From NCBI GenBank assembly GCA_031291515.1, contig JARLIW010000226.1:935-64934 (forward strand): DNA of 64,000 nt. Direction: 5' to 3'. Below are positions 34,966-46,008 of the stretch, piece after piece. This stretch comes from Beijerinckiaceae bacterium. GTDB taxonomy: Bacteria > Pseudomonadota > Alphaproteobacteria > Rhizobiales > Beijerinckiaceae. The notes under the pieces are model-generated. The model saw only the letters and a list, made by a program, of their open reading frames with translations. It ran no database searches and had not been told where the DNA came from. The translations under genes and the position numbers were made by a program. How positions within the stretch are numbered: position 1 is the first letter of the stretch; the number at the start of each line of letters is the position of its first letter.

Positions 34966-36359
34966 CGCGTCTCCTTGGCGAAAGCGAGCAGCCGCGCGCC
35001 CGCGCCTTGCGGCGAGAGTTCGCGGAGACGGCCGCCCGGACTCACCATGTCCATGCGTTCGAGCCAGGCCTCGAATTCGGGCGCGCCGCGAACGCCGAAG
35101 GTCGAGCGCAGATAGAGCATGTCGTGGAACGACAGGCTTTGATAGTTGAGCATGATGTCGTCGGCGCCGGGCACGGCGATCAGGAACGTGACGCCCGCCG
35201 CGGTCAATAGCGTCATCAGCGTATCCATATCGTCTTGATCGGCTTCGGCATGATTGGTGTAGCAGACGTCGGCGCCCATCGGCAGTCCCATGAGCTTGCC
35301 GCAGAAGTGATCCTCCAACCCCGCGCGGGCGATTTGTTTGCCGTCGTAGAGATATTCCGGCCCGATGAAACCGACGACGGTATTGACGATGAGCGGCTTG
35401 TACCGCCGCGCCACGGCGTAAGCGCGGGCTTCGAGTGTCTGCTGATCGACGCCGTGATGCGCATTGGCCGACAGCGCGGCTCCTTGGCCGGTCTCGAAAT
35501 ACATGACGTTTTGGCCGATCGTTCCCCGTTTGAGACCGAGCGCGGCGGCGTAGGCCTCGTCGAGCACGGCGAGATCGATTCCAAAGCCCCGGTTGGCCGC
35601 CTGCGTTCCCGCCACCGATTGGAAGACGAGATCGACCGGCGCGCCGCGTTCCATCATTTGGAGGGCATTGGTCACATGAGTCAGCACGCAGGTTTGCGTG
35701 GGGATGTCATATTGCTGGCGCAGTTCGTCCAGCATCTCCAAGATGGCCATGCAATTCGGCACGCTATCGCTCGCCGGGTTGACGCCGATCACGGCGTCGC
35801 CGACGCCGAACATCAAGCCGTCGAGGCAGGATACCGCAATCCCCTTGAGATCATCGGTGGGATGGTTGGGTTGCAGACGCGACGCGAGCCGGCCGGGCAG
35901 GCCGAGCGTATTGCGGAAGGCCGATGTGACCTGGCATTTGCGCGCCGCCGCGATCAAATCCTGATTTCGCATGAGTTTCGACACCGCCGCCGCCATTTCC
36001 GGCGTCACGCCGGGCGCCAGCGCGGCCAGCGCCGGGGCATCCGCGGTGTAAGACAAGAGCCAATCGCGAAAGCCGCCGACGGTCAGATGGGCGATGGGCG
36101 CGAAAGCCAGCGAATCATGGCTGTCGATGATGAGTCGCGTGACCTCGTCGCTTTCGTAGGGCACGACGGCTTCGTCCAAGAACGTCTGGAGTGGGAGATC
36201 GGCGAGGCAAAAACGCGCGGCCACCCGCTCCGAATCGCTGTTGGCGGCAATGCCGGCGAGTTCGTCGCCGGACCGGCGCGGCGACGCCGCGGCCAGCAAA
36301 GCCGCGAGATCTGGAAAATGGAAGCGCTCGTTGCCGATTGCGCTGACATAACTCGCCAT
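34962..36359 (-). CDS. eutB: ethanolamine ammonia-lyase heavy chain
   Basis: RSGDELAG, RLQPNHPTDD, MYFETGQG, VVGFIGPEYL; start at ATG 36359. Confidence 0.97.
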   Translation of the reverse strand: MASYVSAIGNERFHFPDLAALLAAASPRRSGDELAGIAANSDSERVAARFCLADLPLQTFLDEAVVPYESDEVTRLIIDSHDSLAFAPIAHLTVGGFRDWLLSYTADAPALAALAPGVTPEMAAAVSKLMRNQDLIAAARKCQVTSAFRNTLGLPGRLASRLQPNHPTDDLKGIAVSCLDGLMFGVGDAVIGVNPASDSVPNCMAILEMLDELRQQYDIPTQTCVLTHVTNALQMMERGAPVDLVFQSVAGTQAANRGFGIDLAVLDEAYAAALGLKRGTIGQNVMYFETGQGAALSANAHHGVDQQTLEARAYAVARRYKPLIVNTVVGFIGPEYLYDGKQIARAGLEDHFCGKLMGLPMGADVCYTNHAEADQDDMDTLMTLLTAAGVTFLIAVPGADDIMLNYQSLSFHDMLYLRSTFGVRGAPEFEAWLERMDMVSPGGRLRELSPQGAGARLLAFAKETR

Positions 36360-36515
36360 CGTCACTCCTCGCCTCGAGTTAGGTCCCATTGCGGCTTGGC
36401 GGCGCCGGGCCTGGCGCAAAAAATTCGCTACCATCTTGGGAGCGCATGGCTTAACCGGCAAGCCGAACGACGTTACTTCAAAAAGGGCGTCCAGCCGAAG
36501 CCGGAAAGATCCGAT

Positions 36516-37442
36516 ATGCTCAAGCGTCCACCGTCCCCCGAGCGAGACCCAAGCGCCGCGCCGCGCCCCCGCATCACCGATCCCAGGTTGAGGCGCACGC
36601 TCGTGCGGACTGGTTTGAACCTACGTTGGAGCGACGATCTTTACCACCGGACGCTTCGGCTTTCCTGGCCTTGGTTTTTTCTGCTCATCGCCGTGGCCTA
36701 TTGCGCCGTCAATCTGACTTTCGCGCTGTTGTATTTTGCGCAACCTGGCTCGATCCTCAACGCCCGGCCCGGCCTGTTCCGGGACGCTTTTTTCTTTAGC
36801 GTCGAAACCTTCGGCACGATCGGCTATGGCGTGCTCGCGCCAGCGACCGACTACGCCAATACGGTCATGACCATGGAAACCCTGGTCGGCATGACCTTCG
36901 CGGCGATCACGACGGGCATCATGTTCGCGCGGATTTCGCGGCCGACCGCGCGGGTTCTCTTTGCCAATGTCGCCGTCGTGACGCCGTATGAGGGCGTGCC
37001 GACTCTGATGATCCGCCTTGGCAACGTGCGGTCGAATCAGATCCTCGAAGCCGACGCTAGCCTGTCCCTGTTGCGGGACGAACGTAGCGCGGAGGGAATG
37101 CGGCTGCGCCGTTTCTACGATCTTGTCCTGGAACGCGCGCATACGCCGGTCTTCGCGCTGTCCTTCACGGCCATGCACAAAATCGACGAAACGAGTCCGC
37201 TTTATGGCCTCGACATGGCGGCGCTCAAAGCGATCGGCGCGGAGCTCCTCATCACCGTGACGGGGCTCGACGACACCAGCTCGCAGCCGGTCTATGCCAG
37301 GCGCTCGTATCTCGCCGGGGATATCCGCTTCGGGCACGCTTATACCGATATGTTCTCGATTGCGCCCGACGGCCGGCGTCTCGTCGACTACGGCCTTATC
37401 GACATGACGGAGGAGGTGACGCCATCCGATGTGGCGACATAA
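36516..37442 (+). CDS. inward-rectifier K+ channel (KirBac-like)
   Basis: DLYH..L.LSW, AFFFSVETFGTIGYG filter, FARISRP, H.IDETSPLYG. Confidence 0.92.
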   Translation: MLKRPPSPERDPSAAPRPRITDPRLRRTLVRTGLNLRWSDDLYHRTLRLSWPWFFLLIAVAYCAVNLTFALLYFAQPGSILNARPGLFRDAFFFSVETFGTIGYGVLAPATDYANTVMTMETLVGMTFAAITTGIMFARISRPTARVLFANVAVVTPYEGVPTLMIRLGNVRSNQILEADASLSLLRDERSAEGMRLRRFYDLVLERAHTPVFALSFTAMHKIDETSPLYGLDMAALKAIGAELLITVTGLDDTSSQPVYARRSYLAGDIRFGHAYTDMFSIAPDGRRLVDYGLIDMTEEVTPSDVAT

Positions 37443-37476
37443 TATGAGGCATGACGAGGCCCGTAAGTTCGAAACT

Positions 37477-38166
37477 TTAGCGTCGAGAGGCCTGTTTGCG
37501 CGCCTTGGTCACGGCGTCTTTAAATCCAGCGGCGTCGAGCGCGTTGGCGACGACCGTATCGCCGATGATGAAAACCGGCGTCCCCTGCAGCCCTAGCGCG
37601 TCCGCCTCCGCCATGTTCCGCTTGAGCAGAGCGACGATTTCGTCGTCGCGGTCGTCCAAATCGCGATTGAGACGGCTGATATCGATGCCCGAGGCGAGCA
37701 CCGCTTGGCTGATGTCTTCGTCTGTCGCCGGCCGCGCGTTCATCCGCATGAGCGCTTGATGCACTTCGGAATATTTGCCTTGCCATGCGGCGGCAATGGC
37801 AATTTTGGCGGCCTTGACCGAGCTTTTCGTCAGGATCGGCCAGTCCTTGTAAACGACGCGCACCTTGGGATCGCGCGCGATCAAGGCCGTGAGCCCACCG
37901 TCGCTACGTTTGCAATAGGGGCAATTGTAATCGATAAAGGCGACGATTGTGACGTCCCCGTTGGGATTGCCCGCGATGGGACATGTCGGATCGTGGAGCA
38001 GAGCCGCTTCGAGCGTTATGTCTGGAGACGGCGTGGCGTCTTCGGCTCTTGCCGCGCCCGCCGCCATTAAAACCAGCGCGCAAGCTAGTCCGACAGCCGA
38101 CCGGCGCGTGCTCCGGCGACCCCATTCCCGAGCCTCGAGGCGAAAGGTCCAGCTTGAAATCGGCAT
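37477..38166 (-). CDS. DsbA family thiol-disulfide oxidoreductase
   Basis: GNPNGDVTIV.F.DYNCPYCK, GTP. Confidence 0.9.
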   Translation of the reverse strand: MPISSWTFRLEAREWGRRSTRRSAVGLACALVLMAAGAARAEDATPSPDITLEAALLHDPTCPIAGNPNGDVTIVAFIDYNCPYCKRSDGGLTALIARDPKVRVVYKDWPILTKSSVKAAKIAIAAAWQGKYSEVHQALMRMNARPATDEDISQAVLASGIDISRLNRDLDDRDDEIVALLKRNMAEADALGLQGTPVFIIGDTVVANALDAAGFKDAVTKARKQASRR

Positions 38167-38172
38167 GGAGCC

Positions 38173-39087
38173 TTATGCGACGGAAGCCCCGGAAACGCAA
38201 CTCGGCTCGCCAAAATGGCTGCGGTACCGCTCTTCGATATCGTTCATCGGCATGACCGTGAACACGTCCGTCGTTCCAAATTGCCGGTCGATTACGGCGC
38301 TTCGGCTGAATCGCGCTCCCGTCCGCAGATAGGCCTTCAGGAGGGGCGGCAACGAGGCGAGTCCGCGGCGAACATCGATGCTGTCGCGCGCCAGTGGCGT
38401 GAAATCGGCTTCGCCGCGCGGCCAGGCCTCGACTTGCCATTCCTCGCTCGCTTGCGCGTAGTGATGAAGAAAACTGAGCGGCAGGCGCAAGGCCTCGAGA
38501 TCCGTGCCCGGCAAGCTGGCGCAGCCGATCAACGCATCGATGTGATGTCGTTTCGCGTAGAGCCAAAGGCCGCGCCAGAGGAGCTCGATCACGCGCTTGG
38601 AACGGTAATTCGCATGGACGCAGGACCGGCCGAGTTCGAGAAACCGCGTGCCGGGCTGGCGCGCGAGTAAATCGCGCATATCGAATTCGCCTTGCGAATA
38701 AAAGCCGTGATGCGCGTCGGCGATCTCGCGGCGGAGCAGACGATAAGTTCCGACGACCTTTGCCTTGGGCCGGCCGGACGCGGCAACCGCTTCGGTATCC
38801 ATGACGATAAGATGGTCGCAAATTGCGTCAAAGGGGCAAATGTCGCGGCGCAGATGAGCGATGGTTTGCGAGGCGACGGCGCCGCCTTCCTCATAAAAGA
38901 CGGTGTAGCGAAGCTTTTGCGCGCTCCGCAATTCCTTCGCTGTCGAGGCGAGCCGAATCTCGAACGGCCCGGTCTTCTCGAGGACAAAGGAATCGATGCC
39001 GAACGTACGGTCATTGGCACTATCATGCGCCTTGGGAAGGCGGATCGGACTGTCGAGGAGCGCTAGGTCGTGGTGGAGAATCGCCAT
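38173..39087 (-). CDS. olsB: ornithine N-acyltransferase (OlsB-like GNAT)
   Basis: AQKLRY.VFYEE, FDAICDHL, VGTYRLL, LELGRSCV, LPPLLKAYLR.GA. Confidence 0.85.
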   Translation of the reverse strand: MAILHHDLALLDSPIRLPKAHDSANDRTFGIDSFVLEKTGPFEIRLASTAKELRSAQKLRYTVFYEEGGAVASQTIAHLRRDICPFDAICDHLIVMDTEAVAASGRPKAKVVGTYRLLRREIADAHHGFYSQGEFDMRDLLARQPGTRFLELGRSCVHANYRSKRVIELLWRGLWLYAKRHHIDALIGCASLPGTDLEALRLPLSFLHHYAQASEEWQVEAWPRGEADFTPLARDSIDVRRGLASLPPLLKAYLRTGARFSRSAVIDRQFGTTDVFTVMPMNDIEERYRSHFGEPSCVSGASVA

Positions 39088-39137
39088 GGCTATTTCGCGG
39101 CTCCTTTCATGGGACCAGTCTCGATTAGGGCGCCGAG

Positions 39138-39155
39138 ACGAAAATTTAATGACAT
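39138..39155 (-). promoter_or_regulatory. putative Pho box upstream of olsB
   Basis: Minus strand ATGTCAT-TAAA-TTTTCGT. Confidence 0.45.
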
Positions 39156-39227
39156 TAAAATGGCCGCCGTGTCATCTAAGCGAGATAGAATTCGCGTAGT
39201 CACGCAGCGCTAAACGTCAGAGGCAAT

Positions 39228-40007
39228 ATGCCTTTTCTTCGCTTCATATGTCTCGTCGCCGCTCTGCTGGTCTTCTTTTTCGTCATGGTGCCCGTGCAAG
39301 GCCTCTTGGCGCGTCGTCGCCCGTCTCTGGCGGACCAGATTCCGCTGCTGTTTTGCCGAACGCTGTTGCGGATTTTGCGTGTTCGGGTGGTCTTAACGGG
39401 CCGACGGCCGGTTCGGGGCCCGCAACTTCTTGCCGTCAATCATGTTTCATGGATCGATGTCCTCGTGATGGGCAGCCTTACCCCGTTTTGCTTTCTCGCC
39501 AAACAAGAAGTCGCGTCGTGGCCGATTTTGTCGTCTTTTGCCCATGTTCAGGGCACGGTCTTTATCGACCGGCGCCGGCGGCGCGGGATTCCGCCGGCGA
39601 ATCGTGCCATGGCGGAGCGGATGGGGCAGGGCCGGGCGGTTCTGTTGTTTCCCGAGGGCACGACTTACGACGGGACGGCGCTCGGCCCATTTTTTTCCTC
39701 GCATTTCGCGGCCGCGCGGGATTTCCTCCAGCACCATGGGGACCACCGGAGCGTCAGCGTCCAGCCCGTCGCTTTAGCTTACTCGCGACCTTTCGCGGCT
39801 TGGATCGGCGACGATGCGCTTTTGCCGCATCTCTGGCGGGTTCTGCGGCGCGAGCCGCTGACATGCCGTGTCGCTTTCGCCGCGCCGGTTCCCTATACGG
39901 GGGAAAGCGACCGTAAGGTGGTGAGCCGGCTGGCTCGGTCAGCGATCGCGGACCTTCTCGCCACCTCGACGCCCATGCCCGCGGGCGAGCGGTTGAGCGC
40001 CGCGTGA
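39228..40007 (+). CDS. olsA: lyso-ornithine lipid / lysophospholipid acyltransferase (OlsA-like)
   Basis: NHVSWID, FLAK.EV..WP, FIDR, FPEGT; divergent from olsB. Confidence 0.78.
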   Translation: MPFLRFICLVAALLVFFFVMVPVQGLLARRRPSLADQIPLLFCRTLLRILRVRVVLTGRRPVRGPQLLAVNHVSWIDVLVMGSLTPFCFLAKQEVASWPILSSFAHVQGTVFIDRRRRRGIPPANRAMAERMGQGRAVLLFPEGTTYDGTALGPFFSSHFAAARDFLQHHGDHRSVSVQPVALAYSRPFAAWIGDDALLPHLWRVLRREPLTCRVAFAAPVPYTGESDRKVVSRLARSAIADLLATSTPMPAGERLSAA

Positions 40008-40220
40008 ACGTTATGCCATGCGCCGACCCGTGCTGCCTTTCGTCATAGAGCAGGGGAGGAAAAGTCGCGTTCCGTTTCGCGGAGTCTCAACTTTCGTACC
40101 ATGATGACCAAAGTTTCGTTATTGAATTGTTTTCGGGGGGATTTCGTCACGCGATTCCCGCGACGAGCTGTCTTCGCGCAATTATGGTGGTACGATCGTC
40201 ACCGTAATGACGAAGAACGC

Positions 40221-40250
40221 GACGCATAATAAAAAGACGCATAATAAAAA
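40221..40250 (+). repeat. perfect 15-bp tandem duplication before phoR
   Basis: GACGCATAATAAAAA x2. Confidence 0.9.
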
Positions 40251-40261
40251 AAGGTGAGGCC

Positions 40262-41317
40262 ATGATGATTCGAGAGTCGGCCCTCGGCGATTCGTTGACG
40301 GTGGCTCGCGTGATCGCGGCCTTGCCCGAGGCTGTGCTTGCCGTCAGCTTCGAGGACCGCGTGCTCGAGATCAATCCGCCGGCGCAAGCTTTGTTTCCGG
40401 GGCTTCGCATTGGCGCGCCGCTGGCGCGTATTCTTCGTTCGCCGGATATCCTCGATGCGATCGGGCACGCGCGCGTCAGTGGCAAGCCAGCGCGTGCGAG
40501 TTGGCTCGAGCGGGTGCCGGTCGAGCGTCTGTTCGAGGTCAACGTGTCGCCCGTCGAAGGCCTCGACTTCGGCCCCATGCTCATCATCTATTTCCGCGAG
40601 ATCAGCGAAACCCGCCGTTTCGAGCGGATGCGGATCGATTTCGTGGCCAATGCCAGTCACGAATTGCGGACACCGCTCGCGTCGCTTCTTGGTTTTATCG
40701 AAACGTTGCAAGGACCCGCGCGCAATGACGCGAGCGCGCGCACGCGATTTCTCGCGATCATGCGCGAGCAGGCCCAACGCATGGCGCGGTTGGTGGACGA
40801 TCTTCTATCGCTGTCGCGGATCGAACAGCACTTGCATCTCCAGCCGCGGCAGCCGGTCGATCTTGCGCTTGTGCTTCACCATATCGTCGATACGCTCGGG
40901 CCCTTGGCTGATGACAATAGCGTGACGGTGCGGCTCGATGCCGAGACGCCGGTGATTGTCAGCGGTGATCGCGACGAACTTCTGCGCGTCGCCGAAAACC
41001 TCATCGAGAACGCGATAAAATATGGAGCCTCGGACGGCGAGGATAAAAGGGTCGAGGTCTCCGCCTCGCTGGATGATGGCGACGGCGTGATCACGGTCCG
41101 GGATTTTGGGCCGGGGATTGCTTCCGAACATCTCCCGCGTCTGACCGAGCGATTCTATCGGATCGATGCCGGGGCGAGCCGGGCCAAGGGCGGGACGGGG
41201 CTCGGGCTCGCCATCGTCAAACATATTGTCGCGCGCCATCGTGGCCGCCTGAAGATCGAATCCGCGGAAGGCTCGGGGGCGATTTTTCGTGTGTTTTTGC
41301 CGCTTCATAACCCCTAG
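40262..41317 (+). CDS. phoR: phosphate regulon sensor kinase PhoR (no TM segment)
   Basis: DFVANASHELRTPL, NLIENAIKYG, HLPRLTERFYR, GGTGLGLAIVKH; upstream of pstS. Confidence 0.92.
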   Translation: MMIRESALGDSLTVARVIAALPEAVLAVSFEDRVLEINPPAQALFPGLRIGAPLARILRSPDILDAIGHARVSGKPARASWLERVPVERLFEVNVSPVEGLDFGPMLIIYFREISETRRFERMRIDFVANASHELRTPLASLLGFIETLQGPARNDASARTRFLAIMREQAQRMARLVDDLLSLSRIEQHLHLQPRQPVDLALVLHHIVDTLGPLADDNSVTVRLDAETPVIVSGDRDELLRVAENLIENAIKYGASDGEDKRVEVSASLDDGDGVITVRDFGPGIASEHLPRLTERFYRIDAGASRAKGGTGLGLAIVKHIVARHRGRLKIESAEGSGAIFRVFLPLHNP

Positions 41318-41338
41318 ATGCCTAATTGTTAGGCAGTT

Positions 41339-41367
41339 TTGTCACAAAACTGTTATCTTATTGTCTT
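41339..41367 (+). promoter_or_regulatory. Pho box (three 11-bp units)
   Basis: TTGTCAC-AAAA-CTGTTAT-CTTA-TTGTCTT upstream of pstS. Confidence 0.8.
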
Positions 41368-41461
41368 AAAACCATGGCGAAGCGCCACTAACTGTGCGGC
41401 GGGAGGTTCGAGCCTCCGCAGTCCTCGTTTTGAGGATGTCCATCAGCCAATGAGGCAATCC

Positions 41462-42508
41462 ATGACTTCGCACCTTTTCATACGGGCGGCGTTTGCTGCC
41501 GTGATCGGCGCCGCCGCGAGCGTTCCCGCTCAGGCCCTTGAAATTTCCGGCGCCGGCGCAACGTTCCCGTATCCGATCTACGCGAAATGGGCGGAAGCCT
41601 ATAAAGCCGCGACTGGCGACGGTTTGAACTATCAGTCCATCGGCTCGGGCGGTGGCATCAAGCAGATCAAGGCTCGGACCGTGACCTTCGGCGCGACCGA
41701 CAAGCCCTTGACGGCCGACGAGTTGAAAAAAGAAGGTTTGGTTCAGTGGCCGATGGTGATGGGCGGCATCGTGCCCGTCGTGAACCTCGACGGAATCAAG
41801 TCCGGCGAACTGACGTTTGACGGGCCGGTCCTCGCCAAGATTTTCCTGGGCGAAATCAAGACTTGGAACGATCCGGCGATCGCCAAGCTCAATCCCGGCG
41901 TGAACTTGCCGTCGGCCGCGATTTCGGTCGTGCATCGTTCGGACGGATCGGGCACGACCTTCAATTTCACCGATTATCTTTCGAAGGTTTCGGCCGAATG
42001 GAAGTCAAAGGTCGGCGAAGAAACCGCGGTGGAATGGCCGATTGGCATTGGCGCCAAGGGTAACGAGGGCGTTGCCAACAACGTCCAACAGACCAAGAAT
42101 TCGATTGGCTACGTCGAATTCGCTTATGCCAAGCAGAACAAGCTGACCTACGGCGACCTGATCAACAAGGACGGCAAGAAGGTCGAGCCCATCGCGGCCG
42201 CGTTCCAGGCCGCCGCCGCCAATGCCGACTGGACGAAAGCTCCGGGCTTCTACTTGATCCTGACCGATCAGCCCGGCGCCGGCTCTTGGCCGATCACGGC
42301 AGCGACCTTCATCCTGATGCCGGAAACGCCGAAGGATGCCGCCGCCGCCGCCGCCGCCCTCAAGTTCTTCTCGTGGGCCTACGAAAAGGGCGCCGATGCC
42401 GCTCTCGCCTTGGATTACATCCCGCTGCCGGGCAGCGTCGTGACCTTGGTCAAAAAAGAATGGTCGGAAAATATCAAGAACGCCGAGGGCAAGCCGCTGC
42501 AATTCTAA
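41462..42508 (+). CDS. pstS: phosphate ABC transporter substrate-binding protein
   Basis: [33 protein letters not shown]. Confidence 0.97.
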   Translation: MTSHLFIRAAFAAVIGAAASVPAQALEISGAGATFPYPIYAKWAEAYKAATGDGLNYQSIGSGGGIKQIKARTVTFGATDKPLTADELKKEGLVQWPMVMGGIVPVVNLDGIKSGELTFDGPVLAKIFLGEIKTWNDPAIAKLNPGVNLPSAAISVVHRSDGSGTTFNFTDYLSKVSAEWKSKVGEETAVEWPIGIGAKGNEGVANNVQQTKNSIGYVEFAYAKQNKLTYGDLINKDGKKVEPIAAAFQAAAANADWTKAPGFYLILTDQPGAGSWPITAATFILMPETPKDAAAAAAALKFFSWAYEKGADAALALDYIPLPGSVVTLVKKEWSENIKNAEGKPLQF

Positions 42509-42520
42509 AATTGCCGGCGA

Positions 42521-42552
42521 TCATGAAGAAGGGGTTGCCCCCTTCTTCATGA
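42521..42552. other. 14-bp perfect hairpin after pstS (mRNA stabiliser/attenuator)
   Basis: TCATGAAGAAGGGG-TTGC-CCCCTTCTTCATGA; no U-tract. Confidence 0.7.
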
Positions 42553-42618
42553 GGCTGGGCGTCGTCTTGTCTATAAGTCTGAATTATTGGCGGAAATACT
42601 CTCGGATACGAAGAGCGT

Positions 42619-43632
42619 GTGGATGTGGAGCAGGATGTGGTTGACGTGACGGTCGGGGTACCAAATGTCGATGGATCGACAATTCTTGATCGTGCAAAGG
42701 CCTTGGCTCGCTTTAAATTCGAAAACACGTTTTTCCATTTCGTGACGTTTTCGGCCGCCATCACGGTTTTGGTTCTTTTGAGCGGCGTGATTCTGTCGCT
42801 GGTCCTCGGGTCGATCCCCGCGATTCGCGCGTTCGGCGCCGGTTTTCTCGTCACCGAGGTCTGGAACCCCGTAACCGACAAATACGGCGCCGCCGCCGCG
42901 ATCTACGGCACGGTCGTCACATCGATCATCGCCATGGTGATCGCCATTCCGATTGGCGTCGGCATTGCTATATTTTTAAGCGAATTGTGTCCGCAACCGC
43001 TCCGCCAGCCCATCGGCATCGCGATCGAACTCCTCGCGGGCATTCCGTCGATCATCTATGGAATTTGGGGCCTCTTCATCTTCGCGCCGCTGCTGCAGCA
43101 ATATGTCGAGCCTGGCATCATCTCGTTTTTTGGATCCGTTCCCGGATTGAATCTCGTGTTCGAGGGGCCGCCTTATGGGATCGGCGTCTTCACGGCGGGC
43201 TTTATCCTCGCGATCATGGTGCTGCCCTTCATTTCGTCGATTTCACGCGACGTCTTCGCCACCGTCCCCGCGGTTTTGAAGGAATCGGCCTACGGGCTCG
43301 GTTTCACGACGCGCGAAGTGGTCGGCAATGTCGTCATTCCCTATACGCGCACGGGCATTATCGGTGGCGTGATGCTGGCTCTGGGCCGGGCTCTTGGCGA
43401 GACGATGGCGGTCACCTTCGTCATCGGCAATGCGCATCGTGTCTCGAACTCGATTCTCGCGCCGGGCACGACGATTTCCGCGACGATCGCCAATGAATTT
43501 ACCGAGGCGGTCGGCTCGCTTTATACGTCGGCGCTGGTCGAGCTTGGTCTGATCTTGTTCGTCATCACGTTCATCGTGCTCGCGATCGCGCGTTTCATGC
43601 TGATGCGTATCGAACAAAAAGGAGCGCAGTGA
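42619..43632 (+). CDS. pstC: phosphate ABC permease PstC
   Basis: [26 protein letters not shown]. Confidence 0.96.
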   Translation: MDVEQDVVDVTVGVPNVDGSTILDRAKALARFKFENTFFHFVTFSAAITVLVLLSGVILSLVLGSIPAIRAFGAGFLVTEVWNPVTDKYGAAAAIYGTVVTSIIAMVIAIPIGVGIAIFLSELCPQPLRQPIGIAIELLAGIPSIIYGIWGLFIFAPLLQQYVEPGIISFFGSVPGLNLVFEGPPYGIGVFTAGFILAIMVLPFISSISRDVFATVPAVLKESAYGLGFTTREVVGNVVIPYTRTGIIGGVMLALGRALGETMAVTFVIGNAHRVSNSILAPGTTISATIANEFTEAVGSLYTSALVELGLILFVITFIVLAIARFMLMRIEQKGAQ

Positions 43633-44474
43633 TCATGACGCTTTATGATACGCGCCGCCGTAAGAATGCGATTTACGTCAGCCTATGCTACGCCGCTTCG
43701 GTGTTCGGACTGGTCTGGTTGGCGTGGATTCTCTGTGCCCTGATTTTCAAGGGCTCCGCCGGGCTGATGCCGGCGACCTTCACACAGATGACGCCGCCGC
43801 CGGGCAGCGCGGGTGGTCTTCTCAACGCCATCTGTGGCAGCTTGATCATGTCGATTGCCGCCGTTGCGCTCGGCACGCCGATCGGCATTCTCGCCGGAAC
43901 CTATCTCGCGGAATATGGCAGCGGCTCGAAGCTCGCATTCGTCGTGCGCTTCATCAACGATATCTTGCTCAGCGCGCCGTCGATCGTCATCGGTCTCTTT
44001 GTCTATCAGATCGTCGTCGTGCCAATGGGGCATTTCTCCGCTCTCGCCGGCATGTTGGCGCTCGCGATCATCGTGATCCCGGTCGTCGTGCGGACCACGG
44101 AGGATATGTTGCGATTGGTTCCCAACCAACTGCGCGAGGCGTCGACGGCTTTGGGATTGCCCAAGAGCATGGTGATCCAGAGAATTGCCTATAAGGCGGC
44201 GCGGGCGGGTTTGACCACTGGCGTTCTTTTGGCCATCGCGCGCATCAGCGGCGAGACGGCCCCGCTTTTGTTCACGGCCTTGAACAACCAGTTTTTCGAG
44301 ACCAACGTCAACGCGCCGATGGCGAGCCTGCCCGTGGTTATTTTCCAATTCGCGCTGTCGCCCTATGCCGATTGGCAACGGCTCGCGTGGACGGGCGCGC
44401 TGATCATCACGATGACCGTGCTCGCGCTTTCGATCACGGCGCGCGTGCTTGGCAGACAGAGGATAAAGTCATGA
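43629..44474 (+). CDS. pstA: phosphate ABC permease PstA
   Basis: [20 protein letters not shown]. Confidence 0.96.
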   Translation: MIMTLYDTRRRKNAIYVSLCYAASVFGLVWLAWILCALIFKGSAGLMPATFTQMTPPPGSAGGLLNAICGSLIMSIAAVALGTPIGILAGTYLAEYGSGSKLAFVVRFINDILLSAPSIVIGLFVYQIVVVPMGHFSALAGMLALAIIVIPVVVRTTEDMLRLVPNQLREASTALGLPKSMVIQRIAYKAARAGLTTGVLLAIARISGETAPLLFTALNNQFFETNVNAPMASLPVVIFQFALSPYADWQRLAWTGALIITMTVLALSITARVLGRQRIKS

Positions 44475-45256
44475 GCCCCACGAATGGCGCCGGCGCCAAC
44501 CGCTCCGCCAAAATTCTCGTCAAGGATTTGAATTTTTTCTACGGCGATTCCTTGGCGCTCAAATCGGTCAACATGTCCGTCTACGCCAACAGCGTAACCG
44601 CGATCATCGGCCCGTCCGGCTGCGGCAAGTCCACGCTGCTGCGGGTCTTGAACCGGATGTACGACCTCTATCCCAAGCAAAGGGCGGTCGGGGAAGTGCT
44701 GCTCGACGGCGACAATATCTTGGCGCCGAGCCAAGACGTGAATTTGCTGCGCGCGCGCGTTGGCATGGTGTTTCAAAAGCCGACGCCGTTTCCGATGTCG
44801 ATTCATGAAAACATCGCCTTTGGCATCAAGCTCTACAATAAAGTCTCGAAGAGCGAGCTCGACGGTCGCGTCGAAAAGGCATTGCGCGGCGCCGCCTTGT
44901 GGAACGAGGTCAAGGATAAGCTGCATGCCAGTGGGCTCTCGCTGTCGGGCGGTCAGCAGCAGCGTCTTTGTATTGCGCGCACCGTCGCGATCGAGCCCGA
45001 GGTGATCTTGTTCGACGAACCGTGCTCCGCGCTCGACCCGATCTCCACCGCCAAAGTCGAGGAATTGATCGATGAGCTCAAGGAGAAATATACAATTGCC
45101 ATCGTGACCCATAGTATGCAGCAGGCCGCGCGTGTCTCCAGCTATACGGCGTTTATGTATTTAGGCGAATTGCTCGAGTTCGACGAGACGACGAAAATGT
45201 TTACCTCCCCGGACAAGAAGCAAACACAAGATTACATAACTGGGCGCTTCGGTTGA
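44471..45256 (+). CDS. pstB: phosphate ABC ATPase PstB
   Basis: [35 protein letters not shown]. Confidence 0.97.
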   Translation: MSPTNGAGANRSAKILVKDLNFFYGDSLALKSVNMSVYANSVTAIIGPSGCGKSTLLRVLNRMYDLYPKQRAVGEVLLDGDNILAPSQDVNLLRARVGMVFQKPTPFPMSIHENIAFGIKLYNKVSKSELDGRVEKALRGAALWNEVKDKLHASGLSLSGGQQQRLCIARTVAIEPEVILFDEPCSALDPISTAKVEELIDELKEKYTIAIVTHSMQQAARVSSYTAFMYLGELLEFDETTKMFTSPDKKQTQDYITGRFG

Positions 45257-45280
45257 TACGGCAAGGGAAGGGATCCTCCG

Positions 45281-45994
45281 ATGAGTGAGCACATTGTCAC
45301 TGCCTATGATGCCGAACTCGACCTGCTCGGCCGCAAGATCGCGGAAATGGGCGGGATCGCGGAGAAAATGCTCTCCGACGCGATGGACGCGCTAGTTGAT
45401 TTCGATGCCGATCTCGCGCGCCAGACTGTTGCCGCCGATCCGCGGCTCGATCATCTGCAACGCGAAATCGAGCAAAGCGCCATTCAGACGATCGCTCGGC
45501 GCCAGCCCATGGCGGTCGACCTCCGTGATATTATCGCGGCGATCCGGATTTCCGCCGATCTCGAGCGGATTGGCGATCTCGCCAAGAATATCGCGAAACG
45601 CGCGATCGTCGTCGCCGCCGAAGCCAGGCTGCCGCGCGCGATCATCGGTCTCAAATCCATGCATGAGAATGCAGCGCTCTCGCTCAAGGATGTGCTGGAT
45701 GCCTATGCGCAGCGCGACGTCGAGCGCGCCCGCGCGGTTTGGCTGCGCGATGCCGAATTGGATGCGCTCGAGGATAGCGTGTTCCGCGATCTCCTGACGT
45801 TCATGATGGAAGATCCGCGCAACATTTCGTTTTGCACGCACCTTCTATTCTGCTCGAAGAACATCGAGCGGATCGGCGATCATGCGACCAATATCGCGGA
45901 GACCGTCTATTATCTCGTGACCGGAGAGGAGTTGCCGGTCGAGCGTCCCAAGGGCCGCTCCTACTCGTTCGAACAGACCCAGCCCCCAACGTGA
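45281..45994 (+). CDS. phoU: phosphate signalling protein PhoU
   Basis: ARRQPMAVDLR, DLERIGDLAKNIA, ERIGDHATNIAE. Confidence 0.97.
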   Translation: MSEHIVTAYDAELDLLGRKIAEMGGIAEKMLSDAMDALVDFDADLARQTVAADPRLDHLQREIEQSAIQTIARRQPMAVDLRDIIAAIRISADLERIGDLAKNIAKRAIVVAAEARLPRAIIGLKSMHENAALSLKDVLDAYAQRDVERARAVWLRDAELDALEDSVFRDLLTFMMEDPRNISFCTHLLFCSKNIERIGDHATNIAETVYYLVTGEELPVERPKGRSYSFEQTQPPT

Positions 45995-46008
45995 CGTGAG
46001 CTCCGGAC

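Noticed and set aside
34192-36359. eutBC as part of a microcompartment locus
   Set aside because: No shell, eutA or transporter genes adjacent; this is the common minimal eutBC form.
35235-36515. Apparent 735-aa fusion ending in the K+ channel
   Set aside because: The N-terminal 427 aa are the antisense of eutB; the channel starts at ATG 36516.
42339-42358. (GCC)n run in pstS as a contingency repeat
   Set aside because: An in-frame poly-Ala tract in a helix; triplet slippage would not switch expression.
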